DNA of 64,000 bases from Eledone cirrhosa (GCA_964016885.1 OZ024755.1:17236001-17300000); one strand, 5' to 3'; shown: positions 28,508 to 42,841, counted from the stretch's first letter. Program-made: numbers and translations. The notes: generated by a model from the letters alone, not told the origin.

Positions 28508-31500
28508 TGTGTATGTATATATAAATATGTGGAATGTAGGGAAGTGACATACTAGTACTTCTTTTATTGGCCTTGAAAGGATAAAAGGCAAAATTTACCT
28601 CAGCAGGATTTGAACTCAGAGTGCAAAAAGTTGGAAGGAATATGGCAAAGCATTCTATCTTATGTTCTAATGTCTCTGCCAATTTGTTGCCTTGCATACA
28701 CACACACACAATTATATCTACCTCTTATAATATGGAATTGTCTTTTCTATAATTCAGTATTATATTTTAATAGTGACACAGCTCCTTCCCTGGAAAATAT
28801 CAGGGCATAAATCTTCTCTAATTGGCATTGTGTGTATATGAATAGGTGTGTGTGTGCACACATGTGAACAAGTGTGTGTTTATGTGAACAAGTGTGTATT
28901 TGACTATGTATTTCAATATGCGTGTATGTCTAAGAACATGTTTATCTATATAAATGTGAGTGTATGCATGCAAACAAGTGTGTATGCATATGTACTTGTG
29001 TGCATGTAAAAAGGTGTCTATGCATGTAAACAAATGTGTATGTATGTAAGCAGGTGTGTATGTATGTGAATATATGTGTGTATCTATATGAACATGTGAA
29101 TGTGTGTGAATATGTATATGTATAGATGTGATGTTGAAGTATGTGGCCAAATATATGTATGTATGTGAACAGATACATATGTAAACTTGTATTTGTATGT
29201 GAACAGATATATATATGTGTAAACCTGTGTGTATATGTGAACAAATAACTATGTAGATGTGTGTGTATGTAAAGAAATACATATGTAATAATATGTATGT
29301 GAGCAGATATGTGCGTAAACATGCGTATCTGAAGAAATATGTATGTAAATGTGTATGTGAACAAGTATGTATGTAACTGTGTGTGAATGTGAACAGATAT
29401 GTTGTTGCTTTTGTTGATCACTCTATGATTTATATTGACTCAAACAAGGCAACTATAGAAAATACTGAAGGCATGCTGATTTAATTTTAAAATAAATCTG
29501 ATATCTTACTGACACTTTTGAATTTATCATTGTAAACTATATAATTGAAGACTAACATAGTTTTGTGTTTTATCAAATTCTATGTTAACAGGCCAACTAG
29601 GTGAAATTATTATTTTTCTATTTGTAAAAACATTATTTTCATAGTAATCTCTATAAGACGTGATATAAGTATCCTATAAAAAATATAGGTAAACGAACCT
29701 GTCTGTTTCAGCAATGAGTATTATAAAACTTACATTTATGTATTTATTTTGCAAGAGTCTTGATCTGGAATCATGTTGAACCAGATATTGTTATATTTGG
29801 TGATGGTCATTTTGTCAGTTCTGCCAATAAAAACACACGCACTATCCAATTTTCACTTCAGTTTAACCCTTTAGCATTTACATTACTCTATATTTACTAT
29901 TATATTTTCATGGCAAAGGCTTTACCTCACATAATTATCTGATGGATTTCCAAGCAGTTTCCATCTACATAACTGCACTCACAAACCTTGGCTCAACCTA
30001 AGGAAAATGACACTTGCCCAAGATGATATACTGGGATTGAACCCAAAATCCAATTTTTGCAAAGCAAATTTCTTAATTATCGCATTTTCTTATTTTCACG
30101 CACATACATGTTCACATTTCTAAAAAAAGTGTTCATTTTTATTTATTTAACCCTTTTCATACCAAACAATCTGAAACCACTCCTGGTTTTATGATACAAA
30201 GCTGTCTGTTTTAAAATGTTCATATTTATCTAAAACACTTCTGTCATTATTCTATGTAAGAACCTCTTAATAATTAGATAGTTGGTTGCATTACTAAATC
30301 CCTCCAAATTCTTGATTATTTTCAAAATGTTTTGAAAATTCTAAGCAGTCTCTTTCATTAGAAATATGGTTATCAAAAGTTTAACATCTAACTCACCAGA
30401 GGAAAAACATTTAAACCTTATCTTCTTATCAAAATATTAGCCTTTCCAGACGTAATATATCTTCTTCTGTCTGTTGAAAGTACTGGCTTTAAGTTTACTA
30501 TTATTTATGACCAATTCTAGTCAGTAAACCAATTTGTTTGTTTATATTCTCTGCCAGTCTTCACAGATAATTATTTTTTATCTTCTCAGATTTGTGGTTA
30601 TTTCATATAAAGAGTGTTTAACCTTTGTGAATGATGATACTGTCTATGATTTTCAAATAATTTTGAAAATAAAAAGAAAACTTTGAAGAAATTTAGTTAT
30701 ATAACCAGCTTTCTTATTGTTAAGTTGGTTTTTGGAACATGACTTAACAAAAGTTCTTACATAAAATTATGATGGAAAGTTTTTAGATAAATATAAACAC
30801 TTCCGTATAAGCAAGACACGGTCTCCCGACCATTCCCGCATCAAATGGAACAAAACCGTCTAACCCATGCTAGCATGGTAGATGGATTGTTAAATGATGA
30901 TGATGATAAACACTTTAAAATGATTTTCAAATCTTTTTGGAAATTGTAAAAAAATTTGAAGATATTTAATAATATAACCAACTTTCTCATTATCTGAACA
31001 TGACTTAACAAAAGTTCTTAGATAAAATTATGATCGAAGGTTTTTAGATAAATATAAACACTTTAAAAGAATTTTCAAATAATTTGGAAAATAGAAAAAA
31101 TTTGGAGAGATTGAATAATATACCCAACTTTTCTTATTATTAAACTGGTGTTTAGAACATTACTTAACGAAAGTTTTTACATTAAATTATGATGAATGAT
31201 TTTAGATAAATATAAAAACTTAAAAACTAACAATCTTGTAGCATAGAACCAGAGGCAGTTTCAGGCGGTTTGTTATAAAAATGATTAAATCTAATAGTAC
31301 GTAAAGATTTGCCAATGAAGATATCCCATTTCTTGGTTTTATCTATAAATATAATCTGTTTTGGTCAGAACTTGGCATCCAGTGTGTATAAGGGAATGTG
31401 TTTCATTGAAATTCAACACCTTTTGGCAGGTTTGCTTTTTGTTCAATATTTTGTATATTTATCAGATAATTCTATGCAATATTTCTGCTTCAGTATCTTG

Positions 31501-32294
31501 GCTAGGTCAAGCCATCTGCCATTGAAAACTTTACATATCATCATCAGAATTGTACTTTTTTTTTTTTTTTTTTTTTTAGATGATATTTCCTTCATCATCA
31601 TCATCATTACCACCACCATCATTATCATCATCATTATCACCAACATCATCATCTCCATCATCACCACAACCATCATCATCTCCATCACCACCATCATCTC
31701 TATCATCATCACCATCATCACCAGCACCATCATCACAATCACCACCACCATCACCATTATCACCATTGCCATTACCATCATCAACCCCGCCATCACTACC
31801 ACCATCACCAGCATGATGCCTACCACCATCACCATTACCACCATCACCATTACCACCACCACCATTACCATCAATGTCAACTCTGCCATCAGCACCACCA
31901 TCACTACCACCACCACCATCACTACCACCACACCCATCGACATTAATACTACCATTATCATTTTTATGGCTGCACAAGTTAAACAGGACATTTTGAAGCT
32001 GTGGTATACTGATGACACTACCATTAATCACTTTTTATGATGGGCTGGGATACATTATATTGATTTCAAAACCTGTGATTTTACGTATGAAAATGTAATA
32101 AATGGAACTCAATGGAGGGGGGAGGGCAGTACCTATATGTATACACATATATATATACATATATATATAAATGAAAGGTATAGAAAGTATTGTAGCAAGA
32201 AGCCAACAGTATTCCATAATATATGTGAGTATAGCGTCAAAATATATACATATATATATATATACATACATATATATATATACATACATACATG

Positions 32295-32464
32295 TGAAGG
32301 CGCATAGCTTAGTGGTTAGAGCATTGAGCTTGCAATCGAAAGGTTGTGAGTTCAATTCTCGGACCGGGTGATGTGCTGTTTCCTTGAGCAAGACACTTCA
32401 TTTCACGTTGCTCCAATTTACTCAGCTGTAAAAATTAGATGATAGGACTGGGGTCCCTATCATT
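32295..32464 (+). mobile_element. SINE family A, head and core only
   Basis: ggcgcatagcttagtggttagagc...gagttcaattctcggaccggg. Confidence 0.8.
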
Positions 32465-33085
32465 AAAATTACCCAAGACACCTCCAACGAGATATACCTT
32501 GGAGGACGCCAGCTAAACATGCATAGGAGTGAGCTGTCACACACACACACACACACACACATGTACACACACACACACAGAGACAGACATGTGTGTGTAT
32601 ACATATGTATATACATTGAATACACACATGTTTTTCTCAAAAGAATTGTTTTCTCTTCCTTCCTCTTCTCAGTCTCTATCTTTCTATTTCATCTTTTATT
32701 TCTCATTCTATCCTCTGATGAAGGAATAGTGTCCGAAATATAAAGACACTTTTTTCTAATATATCAAGCGTTAAACTTGTATATTTCTTCATTGTACTGA
32801 ATTGTTTGCTTTGCTGTTTCCACTCACTTTTTGCATACATGCACACACACTTGCATATATATATATATATAAAGGATCGATCAACTTTCGTCAAATCGGA
32901 CCGAGGAAACAATGTTTCCGTTAGTCTTTCCAGTTGCTAATACTATCTATCGGTCGCAACTCCAGGTAGAAGGAGCAATATGAAATAAAGTGTCTTGCTC
33001 AAGGACATAACGCATCGCCTGGTCCAGGAATCAAACTCACAACCTCAAGATTGTGAATCCAATTCTCTAACCACACAGCCACATG

Positions 33086-33130
<45 letters not shown>

Positions 33131-33593
33131 GGAGAAAATGGACCTCCATCATTTGTGATGATGCTCATGAAATTAGCAGTTATTCCACAGACACTTTGAC
33201 CGTTGACATAATTCTGAGGGAGATTCAGCATAACAGGGTGTGACTACGGGGACTCTTTGAATTACAGGTAGTTGTCTTTACAGACTGGAATAGAACAACA
33301 TGAAATAAGGTGTCTTATTGAGGACACAACACACTGCCAGGTCCAGAAATTGAACTCATGATCTTGCTATCCATGTGCTGAACAACCTAACCACTAAGCC
33401 ACACACCATATATATATATATATATATAGTGTAGGTAGTACAGTGAAATAGTGGTGTTGGTTCCAAATGAAGCACTCTATGCACAGGCCGAGTGTATATA
33501 ATAGAAAAAATGAGGAAATTTCGTTTACATAAATATTTTTCATATGTAAACGAAACTTCTTCGTTTTTTCTATTATATGTATAAATATATATA

Positions 33594-33674
33594 TATAAAA
33601 GAGAAAACACAGGTAAGCATTAAGAGAAGGATTAAATCCTTCTCTTAATGCTTACCTGTGTTTTCTCTTTTATA
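33594..33674. repeat. Perfect palindrome with 40-bp arms
   Basis: tataaaagagaaaacacaggtaagcattaagagaaggatt, one A spacer, then the exact reverse complement. Confidence 0.95.
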
Positions 33675-33897
33675 CTTATACTCCAAGATTGAACGAAATT
33701 CTTACAAACTTGTGGAGTTACCCCTAACCGTACCTTGAAACCATCCATGAAACTGGCTTTCTTAACCAAAAACTGGATTACAATAAGCAATTTTTTGCTT
33801 CTCTAACTAAATATATATATATATATAGAATTGGGTATGTATGTATATATGTATAAACATATTTGTATGTATAAATATATATGTGTATATATATACA

Positions 33898-33931
<34 letters not shown>

Positions 33932-33934
<3 letters not shown>

Positions 33935-34342
33935 TATAAAATAACAGGAAGCTGGACTGATGTAGTTCCTTGAAAGGTGTATTATACTATGATCATTTCA
34001 GTGACCGGGTTCAATGTGAATCTGGTGACATCATCGGGTATTCAAAATTTAACAAAGGAATATAATAGACAAAATCCATGGGGCTGAAAAGCAGAGACAG
34101 GAAGGCAGCCAAACTTTTAGCAGCTTGAAGGCGGCCAACCGGGCTAGAAGCTGCTAAATGTTCGGCTGCCCTCCTGTCTCTGTTTTTCAGCCCCATGGAT
34201 TTTGTCTATTATATTCCTTTGTTAAATTTCGAATACCTGATGATGTCACCGGATTCATACTGAACCCGGTCACTGAAATGATCATAGTATAATAAACCTT
34301 TTAAGGAACTACACCAGTCCAGCCTCCTGTTATTTTATAATA
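33932..34342. repeat. Long inverted repeat with about 195-bp arms and a 21-nt loop
   Basis: 33932-34126 is the reverse complement of 34148-34342, with about 13 substitutions by manual comparison. Confidence 0.95.
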
Positions 34343-35393
34343 ATTAACTCCCTACTCGCACTACCAACAACACAAACGAAGACGGGTGAGTTGCATTACG
34401 TTGAGCACTCTCTCTAATATTACATCAAGGTTGACTATACGGAATGACCAGTTCTATCCAGTGGTGAACCAACAAACCTAAATGAATATATATCATCATC
34501 ATCATCATCATCCTCGTTTAACGTCCACTTTCCACGCTAGCATGGGTTAGACGGGAGTTGTCCCACTTGAGGCAAGGTTGGTCGGGTGACCGTGTCTCGC
34601 TCATATAGGACTATCTGGCAGGTTTTCTACGGCTGGATGCCCTTCCTAACACCAACCACATTTACAGTGTGGAACAAGGAACTTTTTACCGTGCTACCTA
34701 CACGGCCACATTACAGCGTGGACTGTGTGTTTTTTCTCGTGACACCTACACGATCTCGATCTCATTTATCTCATTTATTTGGACTATATATATATATATA
34801 ATACATAATTTAACTAATGCGAAAACATCCATTTGGGGGATACAAGCTAGACAAACCAATATTAGAAAGTTTAGCTTGTATATTAGTGACAAATAACTTT
34901 GTCTGAAATATATCTAAACACACACACACAGATACACACACATGCGCACTCACATATATTCATACATACAGACACACATACATATATAGAGAGAGCTTTA
35001 ATTTATCCATTCAGTTTCTAATGGTTTGTTGATATTTCCTCTAGTCTCTTTCTCTCTAAACCTGTCTCCCTCTCTGACTAACACTCTCTCTATCTCTTAT
35101 TATGTCTGTTTGTGTTTATATTGTAAACATCACTGCTTCACTACTTCCTAAATCTCCTCACCCAAAGTCTATATAGAAAATAAATTCTCAATAGTGTTTT
35201 TGGTTCGTTTTTTTATTTTTTTATTAATATTATACCCTGGTCCTCCCTGCCCCCCACCCACACCTTTCTGGTGTTGATAAACAATGTGGAATGATTTTTT
35301 TTTTCTCCTCTGCTGCATCTGAGATATAAATCTAAGTTAATAGTGGCCTATTTCCTGCTAGCTCTCTGCCTCAACCTTCATATCTTCTCTCTG

Positions 35394-35441
<48 letters not shown>

Positions 35442-35490
35442 TGTGTATATACATATTTATTTATATATATTTATTTATAGATATTTGTAT

Positions 35491-35545
<55 letters not shown>

Positions 35546-35570
35546 CATACATTTATTTATAGAAATATGA

Positions 35571-35622
<52 letters not shown>

Positions 35623-35827
35623 TTATTTATAGAAATAGAAATTTATATATATATATGTATATATTTTTGTCTATATACATATACATATATATATATATAT
35701 ATTTTTGTCTATATACATATACATATATATATATATATATATATTTTTGTCTATATACATATACATATATATATATATATATATATTTTTGTCTATATAC
35801 ATATACATATATATATATATATATTTT

Positions 35828-35862
<35 letters not shown>

Positions 35863-36451
35863 CTATATATATATATATATATATATATTTTTGTCTATAT
35901 ACATATATATATATATGTATATATTTTTGTCTATATAAGCATTATCTTTCAAGCTATAATATACATGCTGTATGAGCAGTCTTCTGATCTTGCTCTTCAT
36001 ATTTCCTCATGTGATTCAGCTTTCAAATTATAGTGTTTAAACTATATTATAATATTTACAGATGCTATTCTATCTGGCTGTCACATCAATGCTATGATCT
36101 GTCAACAACGCTCTAAAACCAATATTTAGAATTTGCAGAGATGTAAGACAAAATGTCTTTCTCTCTATCTTTCTGTCTGTCTCTCTCTCCGTCTGTCTCT
36201 CTCTCCCTCGCTCTCCGTCTGTCTCTCTCTCCCTCGCTCTCCGTCTGTCTCTCTCTCCCTCGCTCTCCGTCTGTCTCTCTCTCTCTCTCTCCCTCTCTCT
36301 CTTTCTCCCTCTCTCTCTCCATCTCCCCATCTCCCTCTCTCTCTCCATCTCTCCATCTCCCTCTCTCTCTCCATCTCTCCATCTCCCTCTCTCTCTCTCT
36401 CTCTCCATCTCTCTCCATCTCCCCATCTCCCTCTCTCTCTCCATCTCTCCA

Positions 36452-36487
<36 letters not shown>

Positions 36488-36965
36488 TCCCTCTCTCTCC
36501 CCCTCTCTCTATCTCCCTCTCTCTCTCTCCCTCTCTCTTTCTCCCTCTCTCTCCCTCTCTCTCTCTCCCCCCTCTCTCCCTCTCCCCCCTCTCCCTCTCT
36601 CTCTCTCTCTCTCTCTGTATATATAGGTGTCACAACAAAAAGTACCCAGCACACACTGCAAATGTGGTTGACACCAGGAAGGGCATCCAGCCATAGAAAC
36701 CTAGCCCAAATCAGTTCTGTATGAGCAAAACACGGTCCCACCAACCTGAACTCTTATAAAGGGACAGCCTGTCCTAGTCATGTTAGCGTGGAAGATGGAC
36801 GTTAAACGATGATGATGATGATGATGATATATATATATATATATATATATATATCAACGAAGGAAATGTGGTAATGATGATGATGATATATATATATATA
36901 ACGAAGGAAATGGATGGACCATAACGCACCAAAGTACTCAATACTTAGGGTAGTAGAGTGGGTAA

Positions 36966-37089
36966 TAGGAACGAGTAGGACCCCGACGGCTGAGCTCAAG
37001 CCATTTCGACAGCTAATTCTGGACTCAGATGTCCAGAATTAGCCGTCGAAACGGCTTGAGCTCAGCCGTCGGGGTCCTACTCATTCCTA
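36966..37089. repeat. GC-rich inverted repeat with about 58-bp arms
   Basis: aggaacgagtaggaccccgacggctgagctcaagcc...ctggac / gtccag...ggcttgagctcagccgtcggggtcctactcattcct. Confidence 0.92.
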
Positions 37090-37532
37090 TATATATATAT
37101 ATATATATAAATAAAAGAAAAGTATTAGAAAGGGCATCCAGCTGTAGTAATCTTGCCAAACAAAGGTTTTGTAGGACCCTTCAATTTGTGTCAAAAAAGA
37201 CACATCTTCTCTGCACTCTATATGACCGTATGTAAGCAGGAGGCAGACCCCCTCAGCCTGTCTGGAAGTTCAGTAAGCCAGCTTCAGTACTGACTTTGTC
37301 TATGTAGAGCAGTTCAACTCTTGATAATAGGGAAAGTGGACGTTAAATGACGATGATATATAAAATAGAAGAAAAGGTGGTCACAATTGCAAAAACTTTT
37401 AATCATAGGACCATTTAATTAGGATCTGTCTTAGGACTAAACAACAACAACAATGGTTTTCATTTCTAGAAATGATTATCACCATTATCATTATCTTGAA
37501 GACCATAATCCTCATCATTATTTAGGTGTCAA

Positions 37533-38033
37533 GGGTGGGGGATTGGCAGTATCGGTTGAGGGTCGGACACCATGTTAGGGCGGTGGATTGGCAGTATCGG
37601 TTGAGGGTCGGACGCCATGTTAGGGCGGTGGATTGGCAGTATTGGTAGAGGGTCGGACGCCATGTTAGGGCGGTGGATTGGCAGAATCGGTAGAAGGTCG
37701 GACGCCATGTTAGGGCGGTGGATTGGCAGTATCGGTAGAGGGTCGGACGCCATGTTAGGGCGGTGGATTGGCAGAATCGGTAGAGGGTCGGACGCCATGT
37801 TAGGGCGGTGGATTGGCAGTATCGGTAGAGGGTCGGACGCCATGTTAGGGCGGTGGATTGGCAGTATCAGTAGAGGGTTGGATGCCATGCTTTCCAGCAT
37901 AGTTACGTCCCTTTACAATCTGAGTTCAAATCCCGCCGAGGTTGACTTTGCCTTTCATCATTATGGGGTTGATAAAATAAAGTACCAGTAATGCACTGGG
38001 TAATTGCTGGCCTTGTGCCTAAAGTAGAAACAG
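37533..38033 (+). mobile_element. SINE family B with 8 tandem 45-bp heads
   Basis: 45-bp period from 37533 to about 37890, then a single body; TSD ttatttaggtgtcaa at 37518-37532 and 38034-38048. Confidence 0.88.
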
Positions 38034-38667
38034 TTATTTAGGTGTCAATCAGTTAAGATAAACTGAATCATAAGTTTGATTTTCTGTTCAGATATTGCAT
38101 TATATATATATATATATATTTCTTCATTCCTCTACACGTTAGTCTTATACACGCCACGCATCTCAACGTACACCCACTTACATCTCTCTCTCGGGGTCCT
38201 GATTCTTTTCCTATTATTCATCCTACTACCCGAAGTATCGAGTACTCACCTGGTTCCTTACCCCACTTTCTTTGTTTTATATATATCTCAGTAGGGAAAA
38301 CATGATATTGGTCCATTCCCTTGTATATAGCGTGTATTGTATTAGCAACATAAACTTAATACATAAGAAGCTGTCTGATGATGTAGTGTTACTGGTTGTG
38401 AGATCGAAGCATCACGTAGCCATTAATACATTTGATATATGTAACACAGTTTTATAAATAAAGGAGTCATGACATCTACATCAGACCATCACAATTATAT
38501 TTATTGTACATATATTCTGGCATGCACTAACAAACTAACAAATTATATTTGAAAGGAAACACATGACGTAGAGTATTTAAGTCTAATTGCATCATTATTC
38601 ACTGATTGGTGTGTTGCTTACGCTACACTGATTAGTCAATATTTTTACCATGAGTATATATATACAC

Positions 38668-38708
<41 letters not shown>

Positions 38709-38789
38709 AAAACAGGGAGAAAGAGATGATTATGAGGAAGAAAAATATATTTTTTTCCTTTTTTGTGCCTCCTCTCCACATTTTATTAT

Positions 38790-38838
<49 letters not shown>

Positions 38839-38948
38839 TGTATCCAGATCATTCCTGCTTTCCTTTGCAGGTGGTATTGACTCTTTTCTTCAGGAAACAA
38901 GGGCAATAAAGTAGATTTTTATTAAAAGGTGTCTGTTTGTAGATGTTT

Positions 38949-39514
38949 GTGTGAATGAATATGTATGCTTGTGTCTATGTGTGAATGAATGTGTATGCTT
39001 GTGTCTATGTGTGAATGAATATGTATGCTTGTGTCTATGTGTGAATAAATGTGTATGCTTGTGTCTATGTGGGAATGAATGTTTATGCTTGTGTCTATGT
39101 GTGAATGAATGTGTATGCTTGTGTCTATGTGTGAATGAATGTGTATGCTTGTGTCTATGTGTGAATGAATGTGTATGCTTGTGTCTATGTGTGAATGAAT
39201 GTGTATGCTTGTGTCTATGTGTGAATGAATGTGTATGCTTGTGTCTATGTGTGAATGAATGTGTATGCTTGTGTCTATGTGTGAATGAATATGTATGCTT
39301 GTGTCTATGTGTGAATGAATGTGTATGCTTGTGTCTATGTGTGAATGAATGTGTATGCTTGTGTCTATGTGTGAATGAATGTGTATGCTTGTGTCTATGT
39401 GTGAATGAATATGTATGCTTGTGTCTATGTGTGAATGAATGTGTATGCTTGTGTCTATGTGTGAATGAATGTGTATGCTTGTGTCTATGTGTGAATGAAT
39501 GTGTATGCTTGTGT
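38949..39514. repeat. 30-bp minisatellite, about 19 copies
   Basis: unit gtgtgaatgaatgtgtatgcttgtgtctat. Confidence 0.95.
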
Positions 39515-39719
39515 ATTCATACAGAAATATATTTGTATACATTTTACTTACAGTATTTCTGACTGTTCATCTGTTTATTGCAGTCATTTGTACACACAAT
39601 TGCACACGCACACAAGCGTAATACTTACTCTCTCACACACACACGTGTAATAGATACACTCATGCACACAAGTGTAATAGATACACACTCACACACACAG
39701 TGTAATACATACACACACA

Positions 39720-40690
39720 CACAAGCGTAATACACACAGACAACCATAATACATACATACACACACATACAAGCATAATACATTCACACATGCACATATA
39801 CAAGTGAAATACATACACATAAGCGTAATACATACATACACACACATACAAGCATAATACATACACACATGCACATATACAAGTGAAATACATACACATA
39901 AGCGTAATACATACATACACACACATACAAGCATAATACATACACACATGTACATATACAAGTGAAATACATACACATAAGCGTAATACATACATACACA
40001 CACATACAAGCATAATACATACACACATACACATATACAAGTGAAATACATACACATAAGCGTAATACATATACACACACATACAAGCATAATACATATA
40101 CAAGTGAAATACATACACATAAGCGTAATACATATACACACACATACAAGCATAATACATACACACATGCACATATACAAGTGAAATACATACACATAAG
40201 CGTAATACATATACACACACATACAAGCATAATACATACACACATGTACATATACAAGTGAAATACATACACATAAGCGTAATACATATACACACACATA
40301 CAAGCATAATACATTCACACATACACATATACAAGTGAAATACATACACATAAGCGTAATACATACATACACACACATACAAGCATAATACATACACACA
40401 TACACATATACAAGTGAAATACACACACATAAGCGTAATACATATACACACACATACAAGCATAATACATTCACACATGTACATATACAAGTGAAATACA
40501 TACACATAAGCGTAATACATATACACACACATACAAGCATAATACATACACACATACACATATACAAGTGAAATACATACACATAAGCGTAATACATATA
40601 CACACACATACAAGCATAATATGTACACACATACACATATACAAATGAAATACATACACACACACACATACGCATAATACATATACGCAC
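39720..40690. repeat. CA-rich compound minisatellite, about 75-80-bp units
   Basis: recurrent caagcataatac / caagtgaaatac / taagcgtaatac blocks. Confidence 0.9.
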
Positions 40691-41045
40691 ACATTAGTAG
40701 CAAATGTCCTTGAAAGAGACTGAAGCATGTTTCCACTTGTACAACTATTGGCTAATTAAGACATCATTTATTCCCTTTATATCCAGATTACCTGCATACC
40801 TACCTGTCTACCAGAGTTAATTACCACATACATTAAAACTCTTCCATTTACTCTTCAAACTACCTGTATATATACACACACATATACATACATATATATA
40901 TATACATACATACAAACATACATATATATGTACATACATATATACATACATACACAGAATATGTACACATATACATATATATATATACATACATACATAT
41001 ATATGTACATATACACATTCATACATACACAGAATATATACACAT

Positions 41046-41084
<39 letters not shown>

Positions 41085-41149
41085 CATATATATATGTACC
41101 TACATATATACATACATACACAGAATATATACACATATACATATATATA

Positions 41150-42841
41150 TCATCATCATCACCGTTTTACGTCCGTTCTTCCACGCTAGCATGGGTTAGA
41201 CGGGTTGTCCTGTTGTGGGCAGTGTCTGGTCGGCTGACCATGCCTTGCTCATACAGGAACTGATCTGGCTTGATTTCTACAGCTGGATGCCCTTCCTAAC
41301 ACCAACCTCATTTACAGTGAGTGCTGGGTGCTTTTTCGTGGCGCCTACACGTCCACTTTACAGTGTGGGCTGGGTGCTTTTTTGCCGTGGCACCTCCACG
41401 ACCACCTTGCGGTGGGGGGGGGGGGCATATTGTTTATATGCTTCAGCATGTACCCATGGGAGGTCGGGTACCCTGTATTACTGCGTGACGCCAGAAGTCA
41501 CGGTCGTGTGTCATTGACTTTGAGAGGTGTAGTTGGGTAAGGTCGGCTCTTATCACCTCATCCCAAGTCATCTTGGGTCTCCCCACTCCGCGGTTTCCAT
41601 CAACTTCTAGTGCTCTGCACCTTTTTATGCAGCTGTCATCCTTCATACGCATCACATGTCCATACCAGCGTAACCGCCTCTCCTGCACGCAGCATTTGAT
41701 TCCTCTTATGCTCAGTCTCTCTCTCAATTCATTTATGCTTTGTCGTTCACGTATATTACTGTTACACATCCATCGGAGCATGCAGGCTTCGTTTCTCTCT
41801 AATCTACGTAAGTCTTCCACCTTCAGCGCCCAGGTCTCACTACCATGCAACATCGCTGTTCGGATACACGCATCATACAGTCTGCCTTTCATTCTGAGGG
41901 AGAAGCCTTTTGCAGCTAGCAGTGGTAGTAGTTCCCTAAACTTCTTCCATCCCGTTCTTACCCTAGTTATTGTACTTTCTGAGCACCCACCTCCGTTGCT
42001 AATTCGGTCACCTAGGTAGCAGAAGCTGTCTACTGTTTCTACAGGGCCCTCCCAGAGATTGGTGGTACTTGTTTCCTGTGGCTGTTTGCTTGCTGTTTCA
42101 GCACAGCTGCTGCATGTGAATCCTACATTCTTAATTAAGCTTCCTGAGATCCCGCTACATCTCTTGTGTACCCATTGTTTGCATTTGGGGCAAAGAATGG
42201 AGTTCCTACCTACACCTTTCCTACATACTGAGCAAGGCCATTTCCCTGAGGGGATCTGGGTTCTGTTTTCTCGTCTACTTATAAGGACCTTAGTCTTTGT
42301 CATGTTGACTTTGAGGCCCTTTCTCTCTAGTCCCTGCTTCCAGGTTTGGAATTTATTCTCTAGTTCTACCATAGATTCAGCTATGAGTGCGAGGTCATCA
42401 GCATACAGGAGTTCCCATGGGCATCCGGTCTTAAACTCCTCCGTTATTGCCTGCAGGACTATGATGAACAGGAGAGGGCTAAGAACAGAGCCCTGGTGGA
42501 CCCCAACCTGTACGCTAAATTCCTCGCTATACTCATTGCCAATCCTAACTTTGCTGACTGCTCCCCTATACATGGCTTGTACCGCTTTCACAAGCCATTC
42601 ATCTACTCCTAGTTTTCTAAGAGCCCACCAGATTACTGCACGTGGAACTCTGTCAAAGGCTTTCTCAAGGTCGACAAATGCCAAGTAGAGTGGCTTACTT
42701 TTAGCTAGGTACTTTTCCTGTAATTGCCTCACAAGGAAGAGCGCATCAGTGGTGCCTTTCCCTGGAACAAACCCAAATTGCATCTCGTCTATATTCACCC
42801 GGTCCCTAATCAGCTGTGCTATAACTCTTTCTGTTACTTTC

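Noticed and set aside
37533-37890. CRISPR-like regular repeats (also 7017-7258 and 38949-39514)
   Set aside because: Head-to-tail units with no unique spacers, no cas genes, eukaryotic context
38540-38915. CRE/CCAAT-like motifs and a tttgcag acceptor at 38870
   Set aside because: All frames stop within about 15 codons, the donor is weak and the motifs are short
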